Shown: positions 40,801 to 49,458 of the stretch, piece after piece | How the letters are laid out: each line of letters begins with the position of its first letter | How positions within the stretch are numbered: the first letter of the stretch is position 1 | Source of the DNA: an uncultured bacterium | GTDB lineage: Bacteria; Verrucomicrobiota; Kiritimatiellia; CAIKKV01; CAIJXV01 | Reading direction: 5' to 3' | DNA length: 64,000 nt | NCBI GenBank assembly: GCA_903824675.1 | Contig: CAIJXV010000088.1 | Coordinates: forward strand, 7,318 to 71,317 | Notes under the pieces: model-generated | What the model saw: the letters and a program-made list of their open reading frames with translations, nothing else | Databases searched by the model: none | What the model was told of the DNA's origin: nothing | Position numbers and translations under genes: made by a program

Positions 40801-41513
40801 CGCCCTCGCAGGATGTGGGCGGAGTTTCCCGTAGCGGACGCCAGGGGGCCCGGGCCCATGGAATGGTCGCCGGCGAAAAATCGATCAATCGGCGGGGCCG
40901 CGATGAGGCGCAGGAAGGCCAGCAGGAAATTCCCGACCAGGCCGGGAAGCTCGCCGAGGAAAAATCAAGCGATCCCCAGAAGGATACCTCCACCGGGGTG
41001 GGCGGCAAGGAGGTCGCATCGGACGATGCGAGTTTCAGCGTCAAGGATGCCGGTGAATGGAAGGATGAGATGGCCGATCGGATGAAACCGCCCAACACGG
41101 TGAACCGGGTGGTGGAGCGCCAGGGAAAACCGTTGCCGCCGGATGTCGCCGACAAATTGCGCGATTGGGAGAGCCGCCAGGAACAAATCGTCCAGCGGCT
41201 CAAGGTAATCCGCAAGAAACTTGACAACCTCTATCTCCCCACGGAAGATCTCGATGCCTTGGCCAACCAGTTGAATGCGAACCTCGACCGGCTCAAGGAG
41301 AATCCCTCCGCCGACCTGTTCCGTCTCCAACAACAGACGCTGGATCGGCTGGTGGGGACGTTGATGGTGTTCAACCGGGCGGCGGCTGAATTTGCGCCCA
41401 GTGTGCCGCGCGAACAGCGGGTTCGCGGATCCATTTTGGATGAAATGTCCGCGCCGTCCCTGCCGGGTTACGAAGAGGCGGTCAAGCGCTACTACGAGGA
41501 GTTGATCCGATGA
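37839..41513 (+). CDS. Large (1224 aa) membrane protein: N-terminal double TM, central globular region and a highly charged coiled-coil C-terminal third
   Basis: TM helices FSFSAATLLAALWLVFLL and LRLIVCGFFGLGVLFGLI. The C-terminal ~400 aa are rich in E, K, R, D and Q. ATGA overlap with both neighbours. Confidence 0.6.
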   Translation: MSPPYNLQSLRRLVRHHNRRWRNLVIAEAFSFSAATLLAALWLVFLLDNALHFTMPLRLIVCGFFGLGVLFGLIRVVNRWRRSRFGEDQVALAIEGGTQNHLENRLINSLQLARIGDPDAMTTAVIEDNCRHLTALHLPPAMSGRPAAIAAGLALTMALAGIGFWWIARDRFVNAATRIFMPLADVAPLYRTRILLAPGDVEIRPGSDVLLTAQIEGRVPESITLFRHGAEARFSEDLPVPPGTNRVSYLLRNIQVSMTYAVRGGDYITPFYAITIPQPADLQRLTATYVYPAYTRRPDKIQEGSQGELEALHGTRVTGLWGLNRPVEAAVLVLEGTTDPAADSNETQRIALARVDAQTYRGEFEIGRFTGYRIESRQTGRPAESGRRYEIRIGEDQPPDLQFGGIEPQAELMMDAVIPVTLIGRDDFGLRTMGLFFRPDDDEGTNPVSSSSSTQAWQTLRQWDPPGMPVVFTTNTALALAALAVAEGERGEIAIRGRDTCPARADQWVTGRTCAVVMGGVGTALQLQYEKILHDEAALARLTAEVQGLITRQNEWSAKLDPASGLRWDTRETLDPFVKAVQVMVRDADGLRERTAALARSLDEAEAAVRLSLGLLADTEQVRLRRVFQSVAGRDSVQGKRAALGEARLTLERMFRSLKDNQAHHARYRQDWELAHMTAFLKMLAERQDRMATESATYAGLEAGSIDPRVALGTGRRQDKVDALLGLAGTAMKGLGSGDTPPAGPALGAAFIATAAAFEEPGVRPALREAAGHLRAARWAEASGIQRRCAETLMTLYVGLVKIQSDAARQALEDVQKLTESGLEGQKAIEELKAGSPENLLDLNPDQLSVAEIVHLQEMAARERQRRSAAADKRNDYLFEEKMKALLSPPDNGRRQAFEDLKLAQKPSGEKSFPNSSDRAGNSVKPHVQEEFEDLVGNLLEEADDLRKDYETYNINAGFNISEQGEIGKQSGDLNSTAAAAATGNMKPPSQDVGGVSRSGRQGARAHGMVAGEKSINRRGRDEAQEGQQEIPDQAGKLAEEKSSDPQKDTSTGVGGKEVASDDASFSVKDAGEWKDEMADRMKPPNTVNRVVERQGKPLPPDVADKLRDWESRQEQIVQRLKVIRKKLDNLYLPTEDLDALANQLNANLDRLKENPSADLFRLQQQTLDRLVGTLMVFNRAAAEFAPSVPREQRVRGSILDEMSAPSLPGYEEAVKRYYEELIR

Positions 41514-42763
41514 GCCTTTTGCTCGTGATTCTCGACGGCTCGCCGGAGGCTCGCCCTCCAGTGCTGGAGCAGTCCGTCGGGAATTCTTTGACCCGTTTTA
41601 TGGAGGGCGAACGTCTCGTGAGCCGCATGTTCGCCGGGCTAAAAAGTTCTTTGGTTTTGGGCGTGATCGTCCTGGCCTTGGCGCTGGGAACGGCGCGAGC
41701 CGAGTGGGCGTCGAATCGCCTGGTCTGGGTGCGTGAACCCGGGGCGATGGTGATGGCGGTGCATTCTGTGCAACCCTGGTTGGCCGTTGGGCGACAGGGG
41801 GGGGTGGACGAGGCGGTGCGGATTTACCGGTTGGAGGCGGATGGACAACGCGCGGCAAGCCCCTGGGTGACCTTGTCGGCGCCACCGGTACCTGCCGCTG
41901 TGAAACCCCAAACCGTGGTCGACCTGGTCTTTCATCCGCGGGAACCCCTGTTATATGTCCGCTGGGGCTGGTCGTCGGAGAGCCTTGCCGATCCGAAGAC
42001 TCGGGCGGCCTCCACCAACCTGGGGTGTTTGGCGATTTACCCATTGACTGAAACGGGTTTGGGTCGGGCGGAGCTATTTGCCCGGGGGGCGATGTTTGCC
42101 GCCGGTTTGAAACCGGGCCGGATGGCGATCGAGGCGGATGCCCGCCGATTATATTTATCCAACCTGACGCTTGGCAGCGGAATCGGTTTAGGGTTGGGGT
42201 CACTGCCCTTGTTGACCAATGGCTGGCCCCGTCTGAGCGATGGCGAATGGCTTCCGGTGACGATCAATGTGGACGTCTTACGCGGCCCGCCGAACGGCTG
42301 GGGATTCCTGGCTTGTTCCAACGCGTTGATTTTCGGCACCCAGTTCGGACTGGCGACTTGGGATGCCGGGAACCGGTTGGCTCCGCTCGGAGTACTTCCC
42401 ATTCAGGAATTGGTCAATCAGATCTGGGCAGGTGGAGTTGCGGAGATTCCGGCGGCTTACGGATTGGAAGTTGATCGCAGTCTGGCCATCGGGGTTGCCC
42501 AGAGCGACGGATTTTTATCGGGCCGGCCACAAACCCTGACCGTGGAGGGGGCGGCTTTTTGCGCCCCCCCGGCGGTGGTTTCACGACCGCCGATGTACGT
42601 GGCGGCGCCGAGTCCGGCGAAGGTGGATCTCCTGTCGATCAATGCGCTGGGCAATTTTGACGGAGCGGTGGAGAGCCGGCCTGCGACGGGGGGTAAGATC
42701 TGGGATGTGAAATATTCCGCCCGGGCCGACCGTCTGTATGTCTTGCAGGAGGTGACGCCATGA
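41510..42763 (+). CDS. Hypothetical exported protein
   Basis: ATGA-coupled. An internal signal-like segment MFAGLKSSLVLGVIVLALALGTARA (alternative start 41627). No recognisable domain. Confidence 0.5.
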   Translation: MSLLLVILDGSPEARPPVLEQSVGNSLTRFMEGERLVSRMFAGLKSSLVLGVIVLALALGTARAEWASNRLVWVREPGAMVMAVHSVQPWLAVGRQGGVDEAVRIYRLEADGQRAASPWVTLSAPPVPAAVKPQTVVDLVFHPREPLLYVRWGWSSESLADPKTRAASTNLGCLAIYPLTETGLGRAELFARGAMFAAGLKPGRMAIEADARRLYLSNLTLGSGIGLGLGSLPLLTNGWPRLSDGEWLPVTINVDVLRGPPNGWGFLACSNALIFGTQFGLATWDAGNRLAPLGVLPIQELVNQIWAGGVAEIPAAYGLEVDRSLAIGVAQSDGFLSGRPQTLTVEGAAFCAPPAVVSRPPMYVAAPSPAKVDLLSINALGNFDGAVESRPATGGKIWDVKYSARADRLYVLQEVTP

Positions 42764-43461
42764 AGGGGACCCCGAGACGCCGCCCCGAAGGGAAAATCGT
42801 GGAATCTGCGAATACGGGAAGAGGGTTGTTCCAGGCCCTCATTCTGGCGATCGTTCTCGGTTTGACGGCGAGCCTGAGTTCCGCCCGCACCGTGATTTTG
42901 GAGGGACAGGAGATCGATCGGGCGGCTGGAATGGCGGCGGATGCGCCCCGGATGGGTTGGGCGATGTCGTGGCTTCGGCCGGGCATCTACACCACAGCCT
43001 TGCTGGACCTGGTACCGGGTCGCAGTTTCTTATTCCGGTTTCCGCTGGAACGAATCCCGGCCAGGCAACGAATTACGCAGGCGGAGCTTATTTTGCCGGT
43101 TGAGGGGGTGGAGGGTACGGATCCCCGCCTCTATGTCTGGCGGTTGGCGGCAGAGTGGGGGGTGGGGGCGTGTTACGATTACCGAAAAACCATTCCCCAG
43201 AAAATCGCCTGGACGCGGCCGGGCGCCGGTGGACGTTTTTCGGATCGGGCGGGGCGGCCGACGGTGGTGGCCCGACTGGTGGCCCCCGGGTTAAAAGTTT
43301 TGAATGTGACCGAAGACGTTGAACTCTGGTACGCCGGGGCGGCGACCAATTGGGGTTGGTTATTGACGGTGGAGGATCCGGGGATCCGGATCCAACTGGG
43401 CGCTCCCCTGATCACCGGCGAACGGCAATGGAAATTACGGATCACCCATGAACCCGAATAA
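42760..43461 (+). CDS. Hypothetical secreted protein
   Basis: ATGA-coupled. Hydrophobic signal anchor LFQALILAIVLGLTASLSSA. Confidence 0.5.
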   Translation: MKGTPRRRPEGKIVESANTGRGLFQALILAIVLGLTASLSSARTVILEGQEIDRAAGMAADAPRMGWAMSWLRPGIYTTALLDLVPGRSFLFRFPLERIPARQRITQAELILPVEGVEGTDPRLYVWRLAAEWGVGACYDYRKTIPQKIAWTRPGAGGRFSDRAGRPTVVARLVAPGLKVLNVTEDVELWYAGAATNWGWLLTVEDPGIRIQLGAPLITGERQWKLRITHEPE

Positions 43462-46400
43462 CCGGCCTCGTAAACAGCAAAAAGGGACACCGGGCCAGCA
43501 GACCCGGTGGTGGGTTGGCTTGGCCGCGGGTTTGATACTGGCTTGCGCGATTGGTGGGGTGGATGCCCGGGTGTCGGCTGGAGTGGATACCAATCGCCCG
43601 GCGGCGCCGGAGTGGTTGGCGGGTTATCAAATCCGCTATCCGGTTTTTGTGCCCGAGGCGGCCTCGCTGACGGCGCCGAATTCAGTGATGGTCCGTCTGC
43701 CGACCGGCGGTTGGCTATTACCGGATGCGCGGGATGTGGCGGTGCAGGGGCGGGATGGCCGGTTGATTGCCTCGGCGGTGTTGAGCCATGATCCCCGGGG
43801 TTTCACTTTGGTCCAATTCAAACGGCGCGAACACGACGAGTGGTATTGGATTTACGGGGTGCATCCGAATCCCCCCCCCGCCATCGATGCCGGTCTGTTG
43901 CGACAAATCCAGGCGGCGGATGCAGTGGCTCGCAAGGCCTTGACCGAAAAGATGGAAATGCAGAAGCTTTCGGCACAAGCCGCTGAAGCTTTGCGCGCGG
44001 TGCGGGATCGGGTTGACCAGGCAACGGCTACGAGCAATGCCGCCGCGCGGGAGATCGCCTCATGGGAGCCCTTGCTGGCGGAACGGCAGGCCAAGGTCGA
44101 CGCGGCCGTTGCGCAGGTTCCACCCGCCGATGCGGCTTTGACAGCGGCCACGGCAGCTGCGACCGGGGCACGGACGATTGCCCAGGAGCGTTTAGCCCGG
44201 GTTCAGAAACTGGACGGGGAGGTTCGGGCGGCCAGCAATACCTGGGGGATGGCCCGATCGGCTTACCTGGTTGCATCGAATGCCCTGGCGGCGGCGCAAG
44301 CGGCAGTGAAGAAGGCGACTCCGGACAAAATAGGTGCCGCGCGACAGGCGGTTCAAACGGCCACCGAGGCTTACCGGACGAGCGAGGCCCAGATTCAGAC
44401 GACGGGAAAAGAGCTGACCCAACGGACGGTCCAATGGCGCGAAGCCGAGGGGGCGGCATTGCCGGAGCGAATGGAGGCGACCCGTCTGGAAACCCTGATG
44501 GAAACCGCCCGTCAGGATCGGGCTCAGAAAGCGGCCCAGCTTCAGAAAGCCCAGGCGTCGGTAGGGGAAGCGCGCACCGCACGGGATCGGGCGATGTCCT
44601 TGCGCGATAGTTCAGCCGCGATCCTGACGGAGGCCGCGCCCCAGTTGCCGGATTTAAAAGAGGCCTTTGAAATCCGGCACACGACCGCCGAACAGGCGGC
44701 GGTTGCAGCCCAGGCGGCGGTTGCCCAACACACCCGGCTGGTGGCCGATGCCGATCCCCGGGTTTTGCGCGAAGGACTGACGGTGGAATTTCGGGATTGG
44801 GCGGGTGACGAGTTAACCGATTGGGCGACGGTTTATGAGGGATTGAATCGCAGCGAATCGGTCATCGGTAATGGAATCGTTCCGGCGATCCTGCAAAACT
44901 TCAATCCCGTCCGCCGATCTGAACCGCGGAATTTCGCCGCTTCCTATCGCGGCTATTTAAAGATCACCGAACCCGGAGTCTACCGGTTCCTGATCAACGG
45001 GGACGATGCAGCCTTTCTCTTCATCGATAATTATAAGGTCTATTCACGGAAGGGAAGCCATGCGCCCCTGGTGGGCCGGATTCCGATGTACGGGGTGGGC
45101 GAGGAGATCGAATTGGAGGCGGGCCTGCATCCGATCGAAGTTCACCAGGTGGTGGGGAATACGCCGGGAGCCGAAGGACGCTGTGCGCTGCTCTGGTTGA
45201 AGCCGGGGGCTTCCGGTTGGTCGTTGGTGCCGCCGCCGGCATTTTCCCAGTCGTTAATCGGCACACCGGCGGGAGTGGAGGCGCGGGATGGGAAACCGGT
45301 GGCGATCATTGGGTGGGGGATCGATGACACCCTGGTATCGGATGGGGTTTTCCTTTCGTTGGTCCGGTTCCAGGCGGTGGGTTCCTATCCCGACGGAGCC
45401 CGTTTGAGCTGGAATTTCGGTGACGGATTGTCCGGGGTCGGCGAAACCCCGGCGCATGTCTATTTCCAAACAGGCGATCGGGAAGTGAGTCTGGCCTCGC
45501 ATCCGACCCTGCCCCCTTTCAAACGGCGAATTCACATCTGGTCCGCGCCAATGCCGACCAGTCCCTTTTCCCTGGCGGCCGTGGTCGACGTCTTTCGCGG
45601 TTGGAATCCCGACCGGTTATCCCGGGCACAACTCGATTCGATGTTCGCGGTTTTGACGCTGTGCGGGCAGACCAACCGCTGGGACTTGCAGGAGCGGTTG
45701 TGCGAACGGCTGCTGGCCCAGAAGGATTTGGATTCTCAATACCGAATGGCGGTCCAGGTTGCGCGGATGGATGCGCGGGCGGCGGGCGGCCGCGCGGCCG
45801 AAGCGTTGAATGGGTACCGTGCCGCCACCAACGAAGTGAATCGGTTGCGGATTCCCAGAATGCGATTGATGATGGAAGGGGCACGGATTCAACAGGTGTA
45901 TCTGCGCGATTTCGAGGCGGCCGGCCGGCTTTATGATGCGATTTTGGATGAAGGTCGCCGGATCCGGCATCCGGTGGTACGGGCCGCCGCGACGGCACGG
46001 GGTGATTTATACTGGGACGCGGGTGACTGGGCTCAAGCCTCGGCCGCTTACCGGGCGGCGGCAGATCTCGGGAGTGATGCCGTTGCGGATCTGGATCCCA
46101 CCGGTGCGGATCAGGATGCGACCCGGGGCGCATTGTTGCGCGTGGCGGAACAGGCGCTGAAAAGCGGCGATATGCGACAAAGCCAACGGTTGTTGAAGCG
46201 GATTGAAAGAGCTTTTCCGGAGCAGAAACTGGAGGGCTTCTATCGATTTTTACGCGCCGAAACCGATCGCAAGCTGGGGGCCTATGATGACGCGGTGCGC
46301 AATTATGAAGCCGTCCTGAAATTGCCGGCCTGGTCCTCCTACCGGGCAGCGACGCTGGCGGGGATTGCCGATGCGTATGCCCGGGCGGAAGAGTGGAACC

Positions 46401-47020
46401 AGGCGTTAGAGTGGATAAAAAGTCTGGAGACGGGCTTTCCTGAATTTTATGCCCAGAATGGATATGCCGCAACGGCCACCCGGTGGGCGGCGAAGGGGGT
46501 GGCCACGACGAATTCATTGGCGACCCGCTTGATGGATTTCGATTTCGACCACACCTTTCCCCGGGTCAATGAAAACACGCCGGACGATGTGATGCCTCTG
46601 CTGGGGCGTGAAAATCCCGGGGTCTTGTTGGTGGCGATCGAGAAAGCCCGGACACAAGGACTCCGGTATTCGCTCAATCTGCCGAAGTTGACGGCGGGTG
46701 GGCGGATCTGGGTTGAATTTTGGTATACTGCGGAGGGGACCCTGGCGCCGCCGTTCGACGATCCAACGGTGACCATCGAAGTCAAGGGGGATTCAGACGA
46801 GATCTCCCGAAACCGGGAAGGGCTCGATCAAACCTATGGCGATTGGCGGAAATATGCCCATTGGTTTGTGGCCCCCCATTCGGATTCCGCCATCGTTGTT
46901 TTAAGATTGGGCGCCTTGACGCGGGGACTTTATCAGTTTGATGATGTGCGGGTCCGGTCCGTCAGCGACGCCGAAGCCGAACGTTTGCGCCAATTCATTG
47001 AAGGGACGGACCCGCAATGA
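43448..47020 (+). CDS. Large secreted multidomain protein: Ala/Gln-rich coiled coil, PA14 domain, PKD domain and C-terminal TPR-like repeats
   Basis: Signal anchor WWVGLAAGLILACAIGG. PA14-like YRGYLKITEPGVYRFLINGDDAAFLFIDNYKVY...GLHPIEVHQV...LLWLKPG. PKD-like LSWNFGDGLSGVGETPAHVYFQTGDREVSL. TPR-like AAYRAAADLG...YEAVLKL.... Confidence 0.7.
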   Translation: MNPNNRPRKQQKGTPGQQTRWWVGLAAGLILACAIGGVDARVSAGVDTNRPAAPEWLAGYQIRYPVFVPEAASLTAPNSVMVRLPTGGWLLPDARDVAVQGRDGRLIASAVLSHDPRGFTLVQFKRREHDEWYWIYGVHPNPPPAIDAGLLRQIQAADAVARKALTEKMEMQKLSAQAAEALRAVRDRVDQATATSNAAAREIASWEPLLAERQAKVDAAVAQVPPADAALTAATAAATGARTIAQERLARVQKLDGEVRAASNTWGMARSAYLVASNALAAAQAAVKKATPDKIGAARQAVQTATEAYRTSEAQIQTTGKELTQRTVQWREAEGAALPERMEATRLETLMETARQDRAQKAAQLQKAQASVGEARTARDRAMSLRDSSAAILTEAAPQLPDLKEAFEIRHTTAEQAAVAAQAAVAQHTRLVADADPRVLREGLTVEFRDWAGDELTDWATVYEGLNRSESVIGNGIVPAILQNFNPVRRSEPRNFAASYRGYLKITEPGVYRFLINGDDAAFLFIDNYKVYSRKGSHAPLVGRIPMYGVGEEIELEAGLHPIEVHQVVGNTPGAEGRCALLWLKPGASGWSLVPPPAFSQSLIGTPAGVEARDGKPVAIIGWGIDDTLVSDGVFLSLVRFQAVGSYPDGARLSWNFGDGLSGVGETPAHVYFQTGDREVSLASHPTLPPFKRRIHIWSAPMPTSPFSLAAVVDVFRGWNPDRLSRAQLDSMFAVLTLCGQTNRWDLQERLCERLLAQKDLDSQYRMAVQVARMDARAAGGRAAEALNGYRAATNEVNRLRIPRMRLMMEGARIQQVYLRDFEAAGRLYDAILDEGRRIRHPVVRAAATARGDLYWDAGDWAQASAAYRAAADLGSDAVADLDPTGADQDATRGALLRVAEQALKSGDMRQSQRLLKRIERAFPEQKLEGFYRFLRAETDRKLGAYDDAVRNYEAVLKLPAWSSYRAATLAGIADAYARAEEWNQALEWIKSLETGFPEFYAQNGYAATATRWAAKGVATTNSLATRLMDFDFDHTFPRVNENTPDDVMPLLGRENPGVLLVAIEKARTQGLRYSLNLPKLTAGGRIWVEFWYTAEGTLAPPFDDPTVTIEVKGDSDEISRNREGLDQTYGDWRKYAHWFVAPHSDSAIVVLRLGALTRGLYQFDDVRVRSVSDAEAERLRQFIEGTDPQ

Positions 47021-47382
47021 GAAACCTTTGGATGCGAAAAAAACCCTTTTTGATATTCGCGCCCTTCCCACTCGAATCCCCGCGGCCATCGGCCGCGGCT
47101 ACAACCGATCTCCCTGTGGAGGTGGTCGCTGACCGCCTTTCTCCTCCCCATTGGGGTGCAAACGAAGTCCACCGAAAATTGTTCCGTCCCATTGCAGAAG
47201 AAAGCGATCTGACTGGATGCGGATGGAGATCCGGGGTAGTGCGAGCTCTCCGAGCGAGCCGAGGAACAACCCCGACGGTTCCCCCGGGCCTACTCCGCCG
47301 AAGTCAAGCCTCTGGCTACGAAGGCTGGAAGGTGTCGCCCGACCCGAGTCAACTACCGCTTGGCGGCTCTTTTTCTCCGGTG

Positions 47383-49458
47383 ATGTTTTGGAAAAAGCCC
47401 TGCATCTGGTTGTTGGCGGCGATGGGGTTGTTGGCGGGGAATCTGTTGGCCGCCGCGGAATGGCGCAGTAACGGCCGGGGGGGCGGCGCCTGGATGGAGG
47501 GTTCCGCCTGGCAGGGGGGACGGGTTCCCGGCGAACGGGATACGGTGCGGGTTGTCAGCGGCGACCAGTTGGTATATGCCGGCCTGACCCCGACGGGTCG
47601 GCTGACCTGCGCGGGAATTTTCATGGAGACCAATACGGTTCTCGAATTCAAGGCCGATGGGGGACATTATGTGTTGCGCGTAGCGGGGGCCATCCGCTCT
47701 TCCGGCACCCTCCGACTGGATGCGTCCAAAACACCCAAGGGGATGATGGAACTGCATCTGGTGGGCGAGCGTGAGGATGAGCGGATGATTCACTTGCTGT
47801 CCAATAGTCTATTTGTCGCGCACGGGGCAACTGGATTGCCGGAACGGCGCAATAACGTGCTGGTTTGTACCGGGCCCCCTCGTCCCGGCCAAATCCGCCG
47901 CTCGGCGGTGATCAAGGGTGAGGACTATGCCCGGGTGGACTTGAGCAACGTGGGATTGGCCTATCCTTCCGAGTTGCATTCCAACGGACGGGGCGGGGGG
48001 GCCTGGACCGATCCGTTGAGTTGGCGCGAAAAGATTGTGCCCTTCAGCGCCGACACGGTGATTCTAACGGCGGGCGACACGGTTGAATTCGATGGAGATG
48101 GGCGGACCGAGGCCTCGTGCCGGCGGCTGTTGCTCGATCCTCAATCGACGCTGACCTTTCGGGACGATGGGGAGACCCATGTGCTGAGCATCAATGGGGG
48201 GGTGGAATCTTATGGTTTGATCCGGCTGGACGGGCGGCATCAACCGCAAGGGGTACTCGAACTCCGGCTGGTGAGCGGCGATTCCGCGGATAACCAATTA
48301 ATTTGCAGAGATAAATCCGCCTTGTTTCTGGCGGGTCACGAAAGTCCGGTTGGCGGTCGGCCGAATGTGCGGATGACCGGTGGAAGTTTGGATACGGGGC
48401 GGCCAAAGAGTCTTCCCTTGAGGATCGAGGCCGGGGCGGGGGTGCAGATCGATTGTCAGCGCAGTGAATTCTCGAACGTGGTGCTTCGGGCTGAAAAACT
48501 GGACAATACGGGTGTTCGCTCGGATGAACGGATGCAATTGACCGGCAACCGGTTTATGGGCGCCGCGCGGGTGGAATTGGTCCAGTGTGATACCCCGGTG
48601 ATTCAAAAAAATATCTGGGTCGGGGGCGGCACGGCAGAGGCGAGCCCAACGGCGCTCAAACTCGACGGTTGTAGTCTGGCGCAATTGCAATACAACACCT
48701 TCTCCGGAGCGTATGAACGTGCGGTTTGGATCATCCGGGATACGGACAGTTCGGCGATGTTCAACGAGATCGTGGGGGCGAACCAGGGGTTTGATTGGCA
48801 AGGCCAGAATGCCATGTTGAAATCAAACCGGATTCGCGTCACAGGAGTGGGGGCGACCTTTGACAAGACACCGGCGGTCATCGAGAGTTCCACAATTGAA
48901 GGGAAGGTTCCCCTATTGGGCCGTCAGACCCACCTGCAGGTGAGCGATTGCGCTTTGTCGGCACCCGAAACGAACGGGCCCTTGATTCGATTGGAATCCG
49001 CTTCCGCAACGATTCTGAATGTTGCGTTGACGCCGGGGCAGGTTCAACGAGTCGGGACTGCGTCGGGTCCGTTCTGGGTGGAGACGATGAATTATGTGGT
49101 GGTCCGGTTGCGCGGGACGATTCCGGTCGGGGCTCGGGTGGCGATCCGGACGGCGAAAGCTTCCGGCGGACCTCCGGCGGGTGCGGCTGATATGAATGTG
49201 CGCAACAGTCCCGTACCGGTTTCGACAGAGGGGTGGACGCCTCTGCCACGAAGCTTGCGGTCTTTGATCGTCCGTGCCTGGAGTGTGACGGGCGCGGGGG
49301 TGGTGAAGGACTCCCCATTTTATGATCTGGACGTGACGGCGGCGGATCCAACCGGGCCCGTCCGGGTCGTTTCGACCCAAGTGGTGGAACCGAAAACGGA
49401 TTGGATCCGGCCTGATCCCCAGGCCGCGCAGGCCACCGTGGAGGTGAGCCTGCCATGA
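47383..49458 (+). CDS. Secreted protein with an internal ~150-aa duplication, likely beta-helix/beta-sandwich
   Basis: Signal peptide MFWKKPCIWLLAAMGLLAGNLLAAA at 47383. The ORF is open from 47017 (ATGA with the upstream stop), but that 122-aa extension is unstructured and lacks a signal. The modules NGRGGGAWxxxxxW...TVxxxxGDxxxxxG...RLDxxxTPKG/HQPQGxxELxLV repeat twice. Confidence 0.55.
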   Translation: MFWKKPCIWLLAAMGLLAGNLLAAAEWRSNGRGGGAWMEGSAWQGGRVPGERDTVRVVSGDQLVYAGLTPTGRLTCAGIFMETNTVLEFKADGGHYVLRVAGAIRSSGTLRLDASKTPKGMMELHLVGEREDERMIHLLSNSLFVAHGATGLPERRNNVLVCTGPPRPGQIRRSAVIKGEDYARVDLSNVGLAYPSELHSNGRGGGAWTDPLSWREKIVPFSADTVILTAGDTVEFDGDGRTEASCRRLLLDPQSTLTFRDDGETHVLSINGGVESYGLIRLDGRHQPQGVLELRLVSGDSADNQLICRDKSALFLAGHESPVGGRPNVRMTGGSLDTGRPKSLPLRIEAGAGVQIDCQRSEFSNVVLRAEKLDNTGVRSDERMQLTGNRFMGAARVELVQCDTPVIQKNIWVGGGTAEASPTALKLDGCSLAQLQYNTFSGAYERAVWIIRDTDSSAMFNEIVGANQGFDWQGQNAMLKSNRIRVTGVGATFDKTPAVIESSTIEGKVPLLGRQTHLQVSDCALSAPETNGPLIRLESASATILNVALTPGQVQRVGTASGPFWVETMNYVVVRLRGTIPVGARVAIRTAKASGGPPAGAADMNVRNSPVPVSTEGWTPLPRSLRSLIVRAWSVTGAGVVKDSPFYDLDVTAADPTGPVRVVSTQVVEPKTDWIRPDPQAAQATVEVSLP

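Noticed and set aside
45519-46517. 332-aa minus-strand ORF
   Set aside because: It is antisense to the PA14-PKD-TPR gene. The Pro and Arg-rich translation has no features.
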